A stretch of DNA of 64,000 nt from Octopus vulgaris. Lineage: Eukaryota. Shown one piece after another: positions 1-11,329 of this stretch; the first letter of the stretch is position 1; every line of letters begins with the position of its first letter. Where the stretch lies: assembly GCA_951406725.2 (NCBI GenBank), contig OX597818.1, forward strand, positions 27,218,001 through 27,282,000, read 5' to 3'. The position numbers and the translations under genes were made by a program. The notes beneath the pieces are model-generated. The model ran no database searches, had not been told where the DNA came from, and was given only the letters and a program-made list of their open reading frames with translations.

Positions 1-1500
1 CTAGTCTTTCCAGCTCTTTATTGGCATGGTCTAATGCCACAAACGGCACGTTCCATTTGGGTTTAAAAACAGGTTTTGCCTTTTCTTTTATCACGGTCCT
101 CACTTTTGTTTTAATGCATTAGCCTAATCCTTCCAACAAAACATTTGGAAACAATTTTTAAATTTTTTGTCTCAGTTGTTTGACTTCAGTTGTACTTTTA
201 ACCGTGCTGACTACATTTTCACAGAGAAGTCTAATGGGGGTATCCCGCATTTTAAATAACTCCATGCATTCTGTGCCAAAAAGGTTTAGTGATTGTTTTC
301 AACTCCTAAATGATTGTTCTTTTCATTTCACCTCGAAAAGTTACATTGCAAATATATTCACCGATGAAATATTTCTTTCCTGTAACACCATATTCTACTT
401 TATTTGATTTAAATAATTTCGGCTTACTGATTTGGCACCATGTTTCTTCATTTATGATAGTGATGTCACTACCCGTATCTAATTGCATTTTGACACTAGT
501 GGTTTTGACTCTCACCTTGATGAATTTTCTGTTTGTTGTACAAACTTTTTTCTCAGATGACAGACTATTTTTTCTTGTTTGGTCCCATATTTTGTCATCT
601 TAGTTCTGCAGTGTGATTTAATGTGTCCTGTGTTCCCACAATGAAAACACTTTGCTTTTTTGAATGGACACTCTTTTCTCAGCTGCCTACCATTGCATAC
701 CATACATGGTTTATCTCCTATTGTACATCGTGTTTTTGTGAAACACTTTATCCATCTTCCAACTCTTCCACATCGGTTTTATCTGTAAACAATCTCTGTG
801 TTGGATTTCTTCTGTGTCATGCCTTACTTTTAATATCCCATTGTACTCTTCTGACAATTTCTGGAGAGTTATATCCTGGTTCATTTCCAGCTTTGTGAGA
901 ATTTTCATTCTGACTTCTTCATCCATTTCAGCAGTAAGTCTCTGAACAAAAATCAGGCACTTGAATGAGTCTGGAATTAGTTTATCCAATTTAAATCTCT
1001 TGCACTCTCTGTTCACTCTACTGCATATGTGGTAAAGTCTTCATCATCACTTTTGTCTGTGTTCAAACACTTCCAATGTGTGTTGAACAACAATGTTTTT
1101 TCACTGAACATCTTACACAAAATATCAATTGTGTCTGAAATTTATGTCAGAAACTTTTTTAGGCAATATAGAGTAACAGTATTTCTCATGCTCTATTATC
1201 ACCAGTTTCCTCAGAATTAGATGTGCTTTCATTATGTCCGTCCAGTTTTGGCATTCTTCTTCAAAAACTTGTCCAAACCTTTGGTAATATGCCTTGAAGG
1301 TAACTCCTTCTTCTGGGTCATATTTAAATTCATTTACTGAATTTGCTACATGGTCTGGCAAAAACGTATTTTCCAGTTTTGTTACCATCTTAATTCGTTA
1401 TAGCATTTGTTGCTGGAACATTTGTTGTTGTTCTTGTTCTTTGAGTTGTTGTTGCTGTTTTTGCAACTCAACTAGACCCTCTAACAAGTTTTCCATAATT
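1..1500 (-). pseudogene. Degenerate Ty3/Gypsy (Mag/K02A2.6-like) gag-protease region, continuing beyond the window's left edge
   Basis: Frameshifted minus-strand ORFs: 1125-1388 (EFKYDPEEGVTFKAYYQRF, gag), 711-1016 (FKCLIFVQ..LTKLE), 512-703 (zinc knuckle CFHCGNTGHIKSHC) and 306-515 (aspartic protease LDTGSD). Confidence 0.9.
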
Positions 1501-1665
1501 TTACGGATTTTTTTTCTAAAATATGTACCATAAAAATGTCTGTTACTCCTCTGTTGAATTTTAAATTTCTCGACATGAAAAATTTTTCAACATCATCTGC
1601 ATGAATTGTTTATTTACTTGTGAAAAAAACATTTTTTTTCAACATTGTCCACATGAATTGTTTAT

Positions 1666-1678
1666 ATCCTTGTCACCA
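1666..1678 (-). promoter_or_regulatory. Primer-binding site, tRNA-Ser(GCU) type
   Basis: TGGTGACAAGGAT lies 1 nt after the LTR end. It is a CpG-decayed form of TGGCGACGAGGAT, the complement of the tRNA-Ser(GCU) 3' end. Confidence 0.7.
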
Positions 1679-1679
1679 C

Positions 1680-1989
1680 TGTTATAATGTGGATCCTTGT
1701 CCACTTGTATATTATTGTCGGCACTGTAATATTATTGTCGCCACTATTATGTTGTGGTGGTATTCCACGTCTTATTATCTTTGACTTTTCTATTGTGCTA
1801 TCACAAGACAATGACTTTGAAACGTCTACCTTGACAGTCACTTGAACTTGTATATATCATGTAACTGGCACTAACTCCAACTGAGAACTCGTATGACTCT
1901 ACTATTATTGATCCGCTACAACGACTGACTATCTGACTTTGTAGTAGTGGCTGTCACACGGGAAGGGATGTACCGTTTTCACTACAACA
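1680..1989 (-). mobile_element. 5' LTR (310 bp) of the Gypsy element
   Basis: On the minus strand it reads TGTTGTAG...TATAACA (TGTT/AACA termini) and is immediately followed by a PBS and gag. Confidence 0.8.
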
Positions 1990-2079
1990 GTGTGTGTGTG
2001 TGTGTAAAAATATTTCAGTCCCCAACAATTATTGATATTCTACAAAGATCAGATGAGGCCCACAATATTGCTCTAAAAT

Positions 2080-2470
2080 GTTGGATAGTGCAACTGCTGT
2101 CCACATAGGGACCCTAAATCACATGCACATGCACAACTGATTGACATAAAATCACTAACAGATAGGCAGCAGCTACTGGTCAACGGTCATGTTGTCTCCT
2201 CTCTCTACTTTTTCTACCTCTACTTTAATAACCTTTGCTTCTTGGAGCTGGTTGAGTTCATGCCACCACCACTTAAGCACTCTAGTCCCACTTGTGTCCC
2301 CTCTTACTCCTTTCTCCACCTTGTTGTCTCACACTAATCATTATGAACAGTCCTTCTTTCCCAGAATGTCAGCTCTCTAGAATTCTCTTCTTGCTCATAT
2401 GTTTCCTACAGATCGTTTTGTAGAAAGGCTCAATAGGAGCATTAATAGTATCAATCTCACCTGTCTAGGA
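2080..2470 (+). mobile_element. Decayed LINE (L2/CR1/Jockey-like) ORF2 3' end
   Basis: HTNHYEQSFFPRMSAL*NSL resembles the C-terminal SFFPR..WN.LP motif of these LINEs. Confidence 0.55.
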
Positions 2471-4504
2471 GAGTTTGGCCCACTCTGTATTAAAAGATGT
2501 ATTTTTTAGCTGCAGTAAGAGAAGCAGCTCCCGTAACCTTGAGTATCATTTCATAATGGTGAGCGTGATGTGGTATATCTTAACAAACAGTCAATATATT
2601 GAATAATTCTTTCTCTTTGAAGGATATTTTGCAGATATCAGTTTAGAGCTGGCATCAGTAAGGTAATGGGGTCTCCCTCTTGGTTACCAAATGTGAAAAG
2701 ACACCTCCATATTCATGATTGTAAGAGAAATTTACCAAAAAATTACTGAAAATGCTTAGAATTTTCTTTTTTTCACTTGTATTTGTCAAGTGGAGTAATT
2801 TTGTTTTTGTTTTGATTCTGAGTTCTGCTTGTTTATTGTACTTGGAAAGTACTCTAGTCTAACTAATGTTTATAAGATTATCTGTTGCTTTGTATCCTAA
2901 AAACACTTGAAACTTTAAATTAATGTTTAGTGAAACAATAGTACCTTGTCTAATATTGTAAGTGCTGATTTTCCGGTTTTAAGCTTCAGTGCTTGGAGCA
3001 ACAATCACAGCCATAATAGTTTGAACTATAATTGTTCAACTAATAATAAGAACACTGAGCACTAATAAAAAACAGTTACAATATAAGCAATAACTGAACT
3101 ATAAGCAGCAGCAACAACAACTGTAGACATGTGATTTGTCAATATTGTTATATATTGTTTTATATTGATAACAATATCAATATAAAAAGCAACAACATCA
3201 ACAGCAACAACTGTAGTGGACCTCAATAGCAATATCGAACAAAAAAAAGAGAGAAAAATAGAACAGAATAAATAATTATAGATCACATATTTAACTCTGG
3301 TTTCTCCTCATCCCGAGTGGATAAATCTTTTGCCTTTTACTAAAGATCACATATTTAAGAAGGAAGTAAAAACAAGAATTTGTAATATTTATGGATATCA
3401 TTTTAGGTGCCAATGATGTAAGAAATGTAGTTTCAATTAAGAGTTGACTGTTGATTGTGAAATTAATCTAGTAAGAACTTATAATTGTTCTACAGTCTTT
3501 TCCTCACTGCCACTTTAAGCACTATAGTTTTTTGCTTCTTTCAATGCTCTGGCTCTTGCATTACTTTTATATAAAATATTTAAAAAAATTACAAAAGTGA
3601 ATGTGACTAAATCATATATCTTATAGATATATTGCATGTAATTGTGATTTTTCTTAATTTTTTTCTTGATTTGGACAATTTATTATACACTTTCTTTCTA
3701 CTATTGCTGTCAACATTTTCCTTGTTGTCGCCGTAATTGTCATTGGTGGCAATAGCGATGGTATTGGCAGTGTTGATGTTGACATTGATTATCAACAATG
3801 TTTTAATGTCTGTGCTTTTTCGAGACTCCAATGGCTTAGATAGCTTTATTGTATTTGTCTTCTCTTCTGTGAGACTTAGCTTTCTGAGATCTGGTCTTAC
3901 CATGTTTCTCTGTGTCTTTATTGGTCATTCAACCTATAGCACCTGAGACATTTTCACTCAGTGCTCATCATTTATTCGCACATTCAAATTACATAGCCAT
4001 ACCAGTACAGTTGTTCTTTAGTATACTTTAGCTGTTACCTTTAATGCTCAACTACCATGTCAGCTCAAATGTATGTCACCTTTCATGAAGAATAACATTA
4101 AACATTCAGTAATTGATCTAGCCTCATTTCTTCCTGTGTTTAACAAATCTTTGACATCATTGCTAATGGTATACTATCATGCAGTCCTTCACTACTCATG
4201 CATTGTTCCTTCAGTTTACTTTATGCCCTGACATCAGAGGCATTAGTTCTCTGGATTTCTTCCAGTCCTTGCTCTAGCAACTATTCTTTTGTCACAGGCA
4301 CCTCCTTCTCTAACTAAGAGAAACTGATTGATCCAATTTAGAGCCATCTACATGACAATAAAAACAGAAATTCCACCCTACAATCTTAAAAAAAATAAAG
4401 ACACATTGAATAATCTACTTCATAGTACACTATCCCTAGAAAAACATGGGATGGTCATAACTGGAATGCTCTTGATTATAGGTTGTCTTGATCAGAGCCA
4501 ACTT

Positions 4505-4585
4505 ATGGCTAAACAACATCAACAGCAATAACAACAACCACAAGAACACCAGCAGCAGCAACAGCAACAGCAACAACAACAACAG
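4505..4585. repeat. (CAA/CAG)n trinucleotide tract at a SINE-like tail
   Basis: caacagcaacagcaacaacaac... seen directly. Confidence 0.8.
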
Positions 4586-5646
4586 CTAGTACCTCTTGAA
4601 CTGTCTAAGCAGTTCAAGGGTGTGATTCTATGGGCATTACTATTGCTTACTACACCTATATATCTCATATTAGAAGCACTGTTTCTCTGTCAGACTGCCA
4701 ACAGTCTCACTCTACCACTTCTGTATTCATTGTCTGCAGTGGGTACATAGTACAATTTTTGTTTCCTTATTCAACACCATTTTCCATATGACATTAAGAT
4801 TTTGCTCTATCTCTTAGTAAACTAGCACACTGGCTTTCAGTATATAAAAGTTCCAATGATTGATCACTTCTAAAGTTTGACAGTTGCTGTTACTGCTGTA
4901 GATATGATGGTAAATGGTAATGATTAAAAAACAATGAAATAGGAAAAAAATATACAAGTATTAAAATGTATGGACAAATTTATTGGAAATAAGTATCTAG
5001 ATGATATAAATTTAAGAATAAACAAACTTTGAGATCAGTTCAAATATGTTCTGGACATATGGCCATTTTCACAACAGGTAGTAAAACACCAACAGCCATT
5101 TAAGAGTGCCACCTGTGGATCAATGATTGCATTTCAAGCTCCTTAGCTATTGTCAGCAATGGGTACCAAGCAGGACAATCCTAACATTATTTTGAAAGTC
5201 ATAGCTTCCTTATGGAAAATAAGTAGAAAATATCTACTGACTGCATGTGACAGCTGCAAGATTTGAACAAATTATATAGTTAGCACACAAAGTAGTGTTG
5301 TGGAATAAACAAACTTACTTTATTCTTTGACATTGCTTTGTGTGCCTACTATATAATTAAGAAGAAAGTTGTAATACATGAAATCTTTTGTCACTCCTAT
5401 GTTGGTGATTTTTCTTCAACAGTGTCACTGTACCTTCAGCACATTGTGTGGCTCTTGACAGAACAACATATAATTGAGCATGCAAAAATAGATCAGTTTG
5501 AAAAAACAAACCTTTTTTCCTTCAATGACTGACATTGAAATTTATTTACTGTCATGATAAAAAGCATTCAAATTGGAACCTGTAATTGAGCAAGAGTAAA
5601 TGGTAGAGTGAGGCGAGGTGTCAGTTTAGTTTTTAGTACTATGAAA

Positions 5647-5925
5647 TGTGGGATGACGTCAGCAGCTGGGTGTGTTGACCGGAAGCTGGGGCAACCAGGA
5701 GGGGGCAGCCGTCAGGCGTGCGCAGGCAGCGGTCAATTGGGCCTTTCCAACGTGGGTCGTGCAGGTGACAAGACATGTGAGGATGTTGCTAAGGTTTTGG
5801 GCTAGCAGCTGCTATCGTTAGTGTTCGGGTCTGGGCTGTGTTGAAGGACTAGTTACCACTGGAGGGTCTCCGTCACTAGGAAGAGAAGGCAGGTGCCTTC
5901 ATATTCAAATCGCGCACACACAACA
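5647..5925 (+). repeat. 5' LTR
   Basis: TGTGGGATGACGTC...CACACAACA, repeated at 7713-7991. Confidence 0.95.
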
Positions 5926-5937
5926 AGCTATTTCGGC
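5926..5937 (+). promoter_or_regulatory. Non-canonical primer-binding site complementary to tRNA-Phe nt 1-12
   Basis: AGCTATTTCGGC directly abuts the 5' LTR. Its reverse complement GCCGAAATAGCT is the 5' end of metazoan tRNA-Phe(GAA). Confidence 0.7.
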
Positions 5938-5965
5938 TGTTCTGAAACATTTACATTTCAACACG

Positions 5966-6498
5966 ATGTCTGCAAAAATTAGGATCGCCAGCGATGTCGT
6001 CAGACCTTTTAATGGCGAAGGCGATGTAGTGGCCTGGATTTGCAAAATCAGGCTGGTGGCAAAACTGCAAGGTATAAGCGATGTGGCGAGTCTTATGGCA
6101 CTGTATTTAGAAGGGAGCGCCTTAACGCTATACCTAGAGATGGATGAAGAGGAACGGCTCAGCGAGGAGAACATAGAGCGACGCTTGCGGGATGCCTACA
6201 CGGAATGCAAGTACACAGCTTTTGCTAAGCTAGGTGCAATCAGGTGGACAGGAGGCCAAGTGGATGACTATGCATCAGAAGTTAGAAGGTTAGTGACTCT
6301 GGCTGGGTTTGCGGGAGAAGGGCTGGAGAGAGCAGCCCGGCTGGCGTTTGTGAATGGGTTCCCCGACGATGCCAGGGACTGCACATGGCGCGGGACTGTA
6401 CGTAGCCGGGGCCCGTTTGCTATCGATGCAGGCACACAGGGCACATTGCCCGTGATTGCGACCAGGGAAACGACCGCGGGGAAGTTGCTGCCTCTTGA
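5966..6498 (+). pseudogene. gag: gag, internally deleted near 6370, with two zinc knuckles in a shifted frame
   Basis: MSAKIRIASDVVRPFNGEGDVVAW...AFVNGFPDD, then in another frame CQGLHMARDC and CYRCRHTGHIARDCDQGN, ending at TGA 6496-6498. Confidence 0.85.
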
Positions 6499-6523
6499 AC
6501 TTTCCCCGCAAACGAGTAGAGGC
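6465..6523 (+). promoter_or_regulatory. -1 programmed ribosomal frameshift signal (slippery heptamer plus H-type pseudoknot)
   Basis: G GGA AAC at 6465-6471 is in gag phase and the protease ORF is in the -1 frame. Stem 1 is 6476-6486/6498-6509; stem 2 is GCCTCT 6490-6495 with AGAGGC 6518-6523. Confidence 0.8.
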
Positions 6524-7100
6524 GCTATTGGAGACGCTGCCATTGATTGACATGGAGGCCGAGGGGGAGACGTTCAAGGTCCTTGTGGATACGGGCTGTA
6601 CGACCACCCTGGTGACTTCGAGGGTGACGAAGGAATGGAACGGGGTGAGTAGTGTCCGGGCGGTCGACGGCAGTGAAATCCATTGCAGAGGCAGCAGCAA
6701 GGTAGAGATAGTGGTGCACGGCGCAACGCTAAGGCTGCAGGCAATTGTGGCCGAACGCGTGATAGATGGAGTTGATGTGGTGATGGGGATGGATGCCATC
6801 AACTGCCTTGGTGGCGTCAGTGTTGTGGGAAATGAGGTCACGTTCGGAAGCGTGGGGGCATCATGCACTGCGAGTCAGGATCGCCAGAGAGAGCAGAGCG
6901 CCGCTTACACCATTGAGGACAAAGACTTTCAGGCGGCGTTCGATGGTCAGCGGTGGACGATAGAGTGGCGATGGAAGGACGAACCCCCGACGCTGGAAAA
7001 CAGGGTGAGCTGTTACCAGCATACCCTGAAAGGCCACACCAGGGTCGAGTTTGAAGACGAGGTGGAGAGGTGGATCGAGGAAGGAGTCCTTGTCCCGTGG
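6468..7100 (+). pseudogene. pol: pol N-terminus: aspartic protease and linker up to the start of RT
   Basis: VLVDTGCTTT catalytic motif, DVVMGMDAI, and EVERWIEEGVLVPW (pre-RT). Confidence 0.85.
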
Positions 7101-7669
7101 AAGAACTACTGATGGACAACGGGGCGGCGTTTCGTTCGGAAGCATTGAGGGTTATACTTGATCGGTGGAATGTGCGACGCTTGTTCAGAGCAGCGTATAG
7201 GCCGAGCGGTAACGGGATCGTGGAGAGGCACCATCGGACAGTCAAGGCCATAGCGGAAAGGGGGCACATTTCGCTGCTTGAAGCAGTTTTTTGGTACAAC
7301 TTGTCTCCCCGATCTGGACAAGCTGAGGAATCTGTGCCACAGAGAGCTGTGTTCAAATATGAATGGAGGCACCCGAGCAAAGCGTCGGAGGGTCACAAGG
7401 AAGAGAAGGGACCCGTTCGCGTGAAAATAGGGGAGGAGGTCTGGGTCAAGCCACCAAAGGCGTGCTGTACGTCTCAATGGAACAGAGGAACGGTGACGGC
7501 GGTCAATTCCAGAAACAACGTATCCGTAGATGGAACACCACAACACATCTTGGACCTTCGCAGGATTGTCGCTTCGACGGACGATGATTCTGGAGAGGGG
7601 GAGAACGAGGAGCCCAGCTTGAGAAGATCTCGACGAGCAAGGCGCTCTCCCGGTTGGATGGTGGACTAG
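7095..7669 (+). pseudogene. pol: Integrase C-terminal half
   Basis: PVEELLMDNGAAFRS...RAAYRPSGNGIVERHHRTVK (second D and E of the DDE triad), with a C-terminal RRSRRARRSPGW tail. Confidence 0.9.
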
Positions 7670-7712
7670 GACATGGAGCGGAGAGATTGTGATCTTTGAG
7701 ATCAGGGTGGCG

Positions 7713-7991
7713 TGTGGGATGACGTCAGCAGCTGGGTGCGTTGACCGGAAGCTGGGGCAACCGGAAGGGGGAAGCCATCAGGCATGCACAGGCAGCGGTC
7801 AATTGGGCCTTTCCAACGTGGGTCGTGCAGGTAACAAGACGTGTGAGGACGTCGCTAAGGTTTTGGGCTAGCAGCTGCTATCGTTAGTGTTCGGGTTGGG
7901 GCTGTGTCGAAGGACTAGTTACCACTGGAGGGTCTCCGTCACTAGGAAGAGAAGGTAGGTGCCTTTATATTCAAATCGCGCACACACAACA
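7713..7991 (+). repeat. 3' LTR
   Basis: Direct repeat of 5647-5925. Confidence 0.95.
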
Positions 7992-10900
7992 TGAAATTCA
8001 TCTTCTTTAACATTGTTGTCTTCACTCACATGTTCATGTAAATGTGTTCTTTGATTCTTGATCCATTGCAAAACTCAATTGCCTTGTTTAGATCTTGCAA
8101 CATCAATAAAACACATTCTTTTTGCAAGATCATCATGTGGAGTAAACTTCAATATATTTGTGGCTGTTTCGAAACTTCACTGGATAATTTGTAAATATTG
8201 TTTTCATTATCACTTGGAATCAATACTATTATAAATGACCCTTTCTCCATCAAATTTGTTAGTAACTTTTTTTGTTTAAAAAAATCAAGAACAGCATTGG
8301 TTGAGATAGTATTTGCACAGTCTGTGAAGTTGGACAGATCCCAAAAGATGTCAAAAATCTTGATTTATCATTTTGTATTCCTTTTACATAACCATAACAC
8401 TAATTGAAAGCTCAGTCCTGTCAACTGAATACAGATTTTCCTCATTTTGCAAACAACAGCTTTATATACATATTTCAACATTCATTATGATTTGTTCTAC
8501 CAAACAGAGTTATAGTCTTGAATTATTTTTGCAATTGTGCTGTTAATAATAATACTGTATCTCAGTCAAAGGAAACTGGAATATGAAAAGTTGAATGAGC
8601 TCTGGAACCTCTTTTGTAGAAGGTGTCATTAAAGTGTCAAAAGCATTGCTCTTACATTGTTATTGACAATGTCTGAAGGTGATTGAAAAATTCTGATACC
8701 TGTGGTACAAACAAATCAGAGAGGAATTGATGAAAAAATATTTCATTTCAGAGTCGGGAAGCTTGAAAAGTGATCTTCTGCTATAGACACCTTGTGGGTT
8801 TGAAGCTATCAAAATCGATTTGAAATTTTATAAAGCAATAACTCTGAAATGAAAAGATATCAAATTTGAGGTGAAAAACAAGTTTCAAATTCACAATTGT
8901 TGTTCATGTTTCTATCAAATTCATCATCAAACTTGATAAGTCCCATAAAGGTAACTCCTTTTATATTTGACACTACTGTCCACAAAATGTTTCATCTTCT
9001 GAAATGAGCATGTCACTGATTTGTGTAATAAAAATACATGCTGATATCTCTCAATGTTTTGAAGGCTGACAAAATACATTTTTCCAATTAACAATTCATA
9101 TTTTCCCTTTGTGCAAGGATATTTTGTAATATAAATTTTGTTTCCTTATTTTATAACTCATATTAATTATTGAGAGAACTAGTCTCAGTGTGATATCAAA
9201 GAACTGACAGAAAGATAGCTTCAGACAGTGCAATGTGATGGCTTCTACTTTGAATGCTACGCTACTTTTGTTGTAACTTGTTGAATAAAATAAATAAGCG
9301 ACCAAAATATTGCAAAACTTTTGACTCAACACAATATAATTAATCCCTGATAAAAATTACTGAAAGAATTATCGTTGACTAGCTTTATGTGTTACACATA
9401 AACAAAAACACAGTTAACATTCTATTATTACATTCCTCAATGGTAGTGGAGTCTCCTATGAATCATAATATATGTTTGTCTAATATTATAACTTGTTTGA
9501 CTCGATACTTTTTTCTAACTATGTAGACAGTTATTTGCAATATCTGGATTTAAGTAGGTGTGGGAAAATAGCACCTATTTTACAATTTAAGTGATTTTTA
9601 AGCTGGTAATGTAGTATCAAGAAATATTATTGATTTCTTGCATTGATACAGGTCCACAAATTGGTAGAGGAGAGGAAAAGTTAATTGAAATGACTACAGT
9701 GTATTACTAATGCTTATTGTGTTGCTCCTGAAATGATGACAGGGGAAATGGACTAGGGGTGTAGCGGGATGTGTAGCAAAAGATGTTGAGGTAGCAGATG
9801 AAATAGGCATGTGGATGACATCAAAGTAAAACAATGGGAAAGCATTGGATTGTGGTTTAAATCATTTATTTAATCAACTCTTGCATTTACGTGTTGTATA
9901 CACAAGGAAATCCACTACATGGCATTACCAACTTGCTTCAAGTTGGCAAAGTAAAAACTTAGGAGAAATACTGTGTCAATGGGACTAAGTAGAACTGGGC
10001 ATGTTTTGTATGTATGTGTGTGTGTGTGCGCACGTTGGTCATTCGGTTGTGTCTGTTTATCTTCTGTGACTGCTACTGTGTTAGGTCGTTCAAGCTGAAT
10101 ATGTGGCTCTCTATTGTCTGCTATCTCTTGATCGTTTGCCTGTTGATGGCTGTCTGTCTATCTGTCATGTGTCTGACTGTATTTATAATGGTCATGCCAG
10201 CTAGAAGGACAGACATACCACAGGAGAAATTTCTACCTATGTGGGTCACCTCCTGTCCACTTGAACCTTCAATGACACAGCTCAGATCGGAGGCTGAAGG
10301 GAAATCCATCCATCACTTTTTGACAGGACAAAGAAATTTCTTTTGTGCCTGTTTGGCTAATGGTAGTCAGACAAGTGAGAATCCTTAGATTTGGTTTCGA
10401 ATCTCAGCTCGAAAAAGGAAATGTTAGTTTTTATACCACCCCACATCTAGTGAGAAAGCCAAAGAAATTGAATGATACAGATGTATATCTTATTGAAAAT
10501 GTGTGATTTGGTGTGTAATGCAGAAAAATGGATACAGTGTCATTTATGAACAAATGAATACATGTCAAAAACATGGGAAGTGAAAGAAAGCAGAAAAATT
10601 AACGTTTGGAGTTGGTGTGTGCAATATATGTTGGGCAATGTGTATATGCCTAGGCAGAAGCATAAATGTAATATGCTGGTGCGTTGAAAGAGATATGCAA
10701 CTCTGTTGATTACACGACCCACTTGACGTCTAGTAGAGATAAGTTGTCTTTCAGTGGCGTGGAGAGCAAGTGATAGCACACATGAAAATATGAGTGGTGC
10801 AAGTGTGTGAAAGCATACAGGTGTGATGTAGAGAGCAAAACATTTTAAAAATAGAGCAAAGCATAGTGTATGCAAGAAAATGTAATTTTACAAAAAAAGG

Positions 10901-11329
10901 AAAATCTTCATGCAAAAAGTTTGTTGGTGAAATGTTCAGTCAGGTCAATTAGTAGAACGATGTTCATAAAAAAATGTTTTATGTTGATATAGAAAAATGT
11001 TTTTTTTAATACAAAATGTTGTTTTACTTTCGCTTGTATGCAAGTGATGAGTCACTTGGGTTATGTATGTGTGACAATTGTTCATAACCATAAGAAAAAA
11101 CAATTTGTTTTAATTTGTTATTGTGGACATTTCAATTGAGAAGATGGGTAGGTGAAGAGTTTGTACGCACTTGAAAGACTTGAACAAATCTTCTGTGCTT
11201 GATATCTACCAGGAGACTGACATGATGAAGGAAATCGGCTCCTAAGATAGGGGTCGGCAGTTTAGCGATGATGAATACCCACTGGAAGGTGCAGTGTAGT
11301 CCTAAATACTATCGGAATGCATAGATCTG

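Larger units (their letters stand above)
5647..7991 (+). mobile_element. Internally deleted, non-autonomous Ty3/Gypsy-type LTR retrotransposon, 2345 bp, 5-bp TSD TGAAA
   Basis: 279-bp LTRs at 5647-5925 and 7713-7991 (TG...CA, ~16 differences by eye). TGAAA at 5642-5646 and 7992-7996. Internal gag, protease and partial integrase; RT and RNase H absent. Purine-rich GAGATCAGGGTGGCG precedes the 3' LTR. Confidence 0.95.

Noticed and set aside
6290-7587. Antisense and alternative-frame ORFs within the LTR element (and 26279-26800 opposite the CR1 ORF)
   Set aside because: These are shadow ORFs of GC-rich TE coding sequence.
5050-9100. AT-rich flanks of the LTR element as a decayed DNA-transposase gene
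   Set aside because: No catalytic motif or terminal repeat could be identified by eye.
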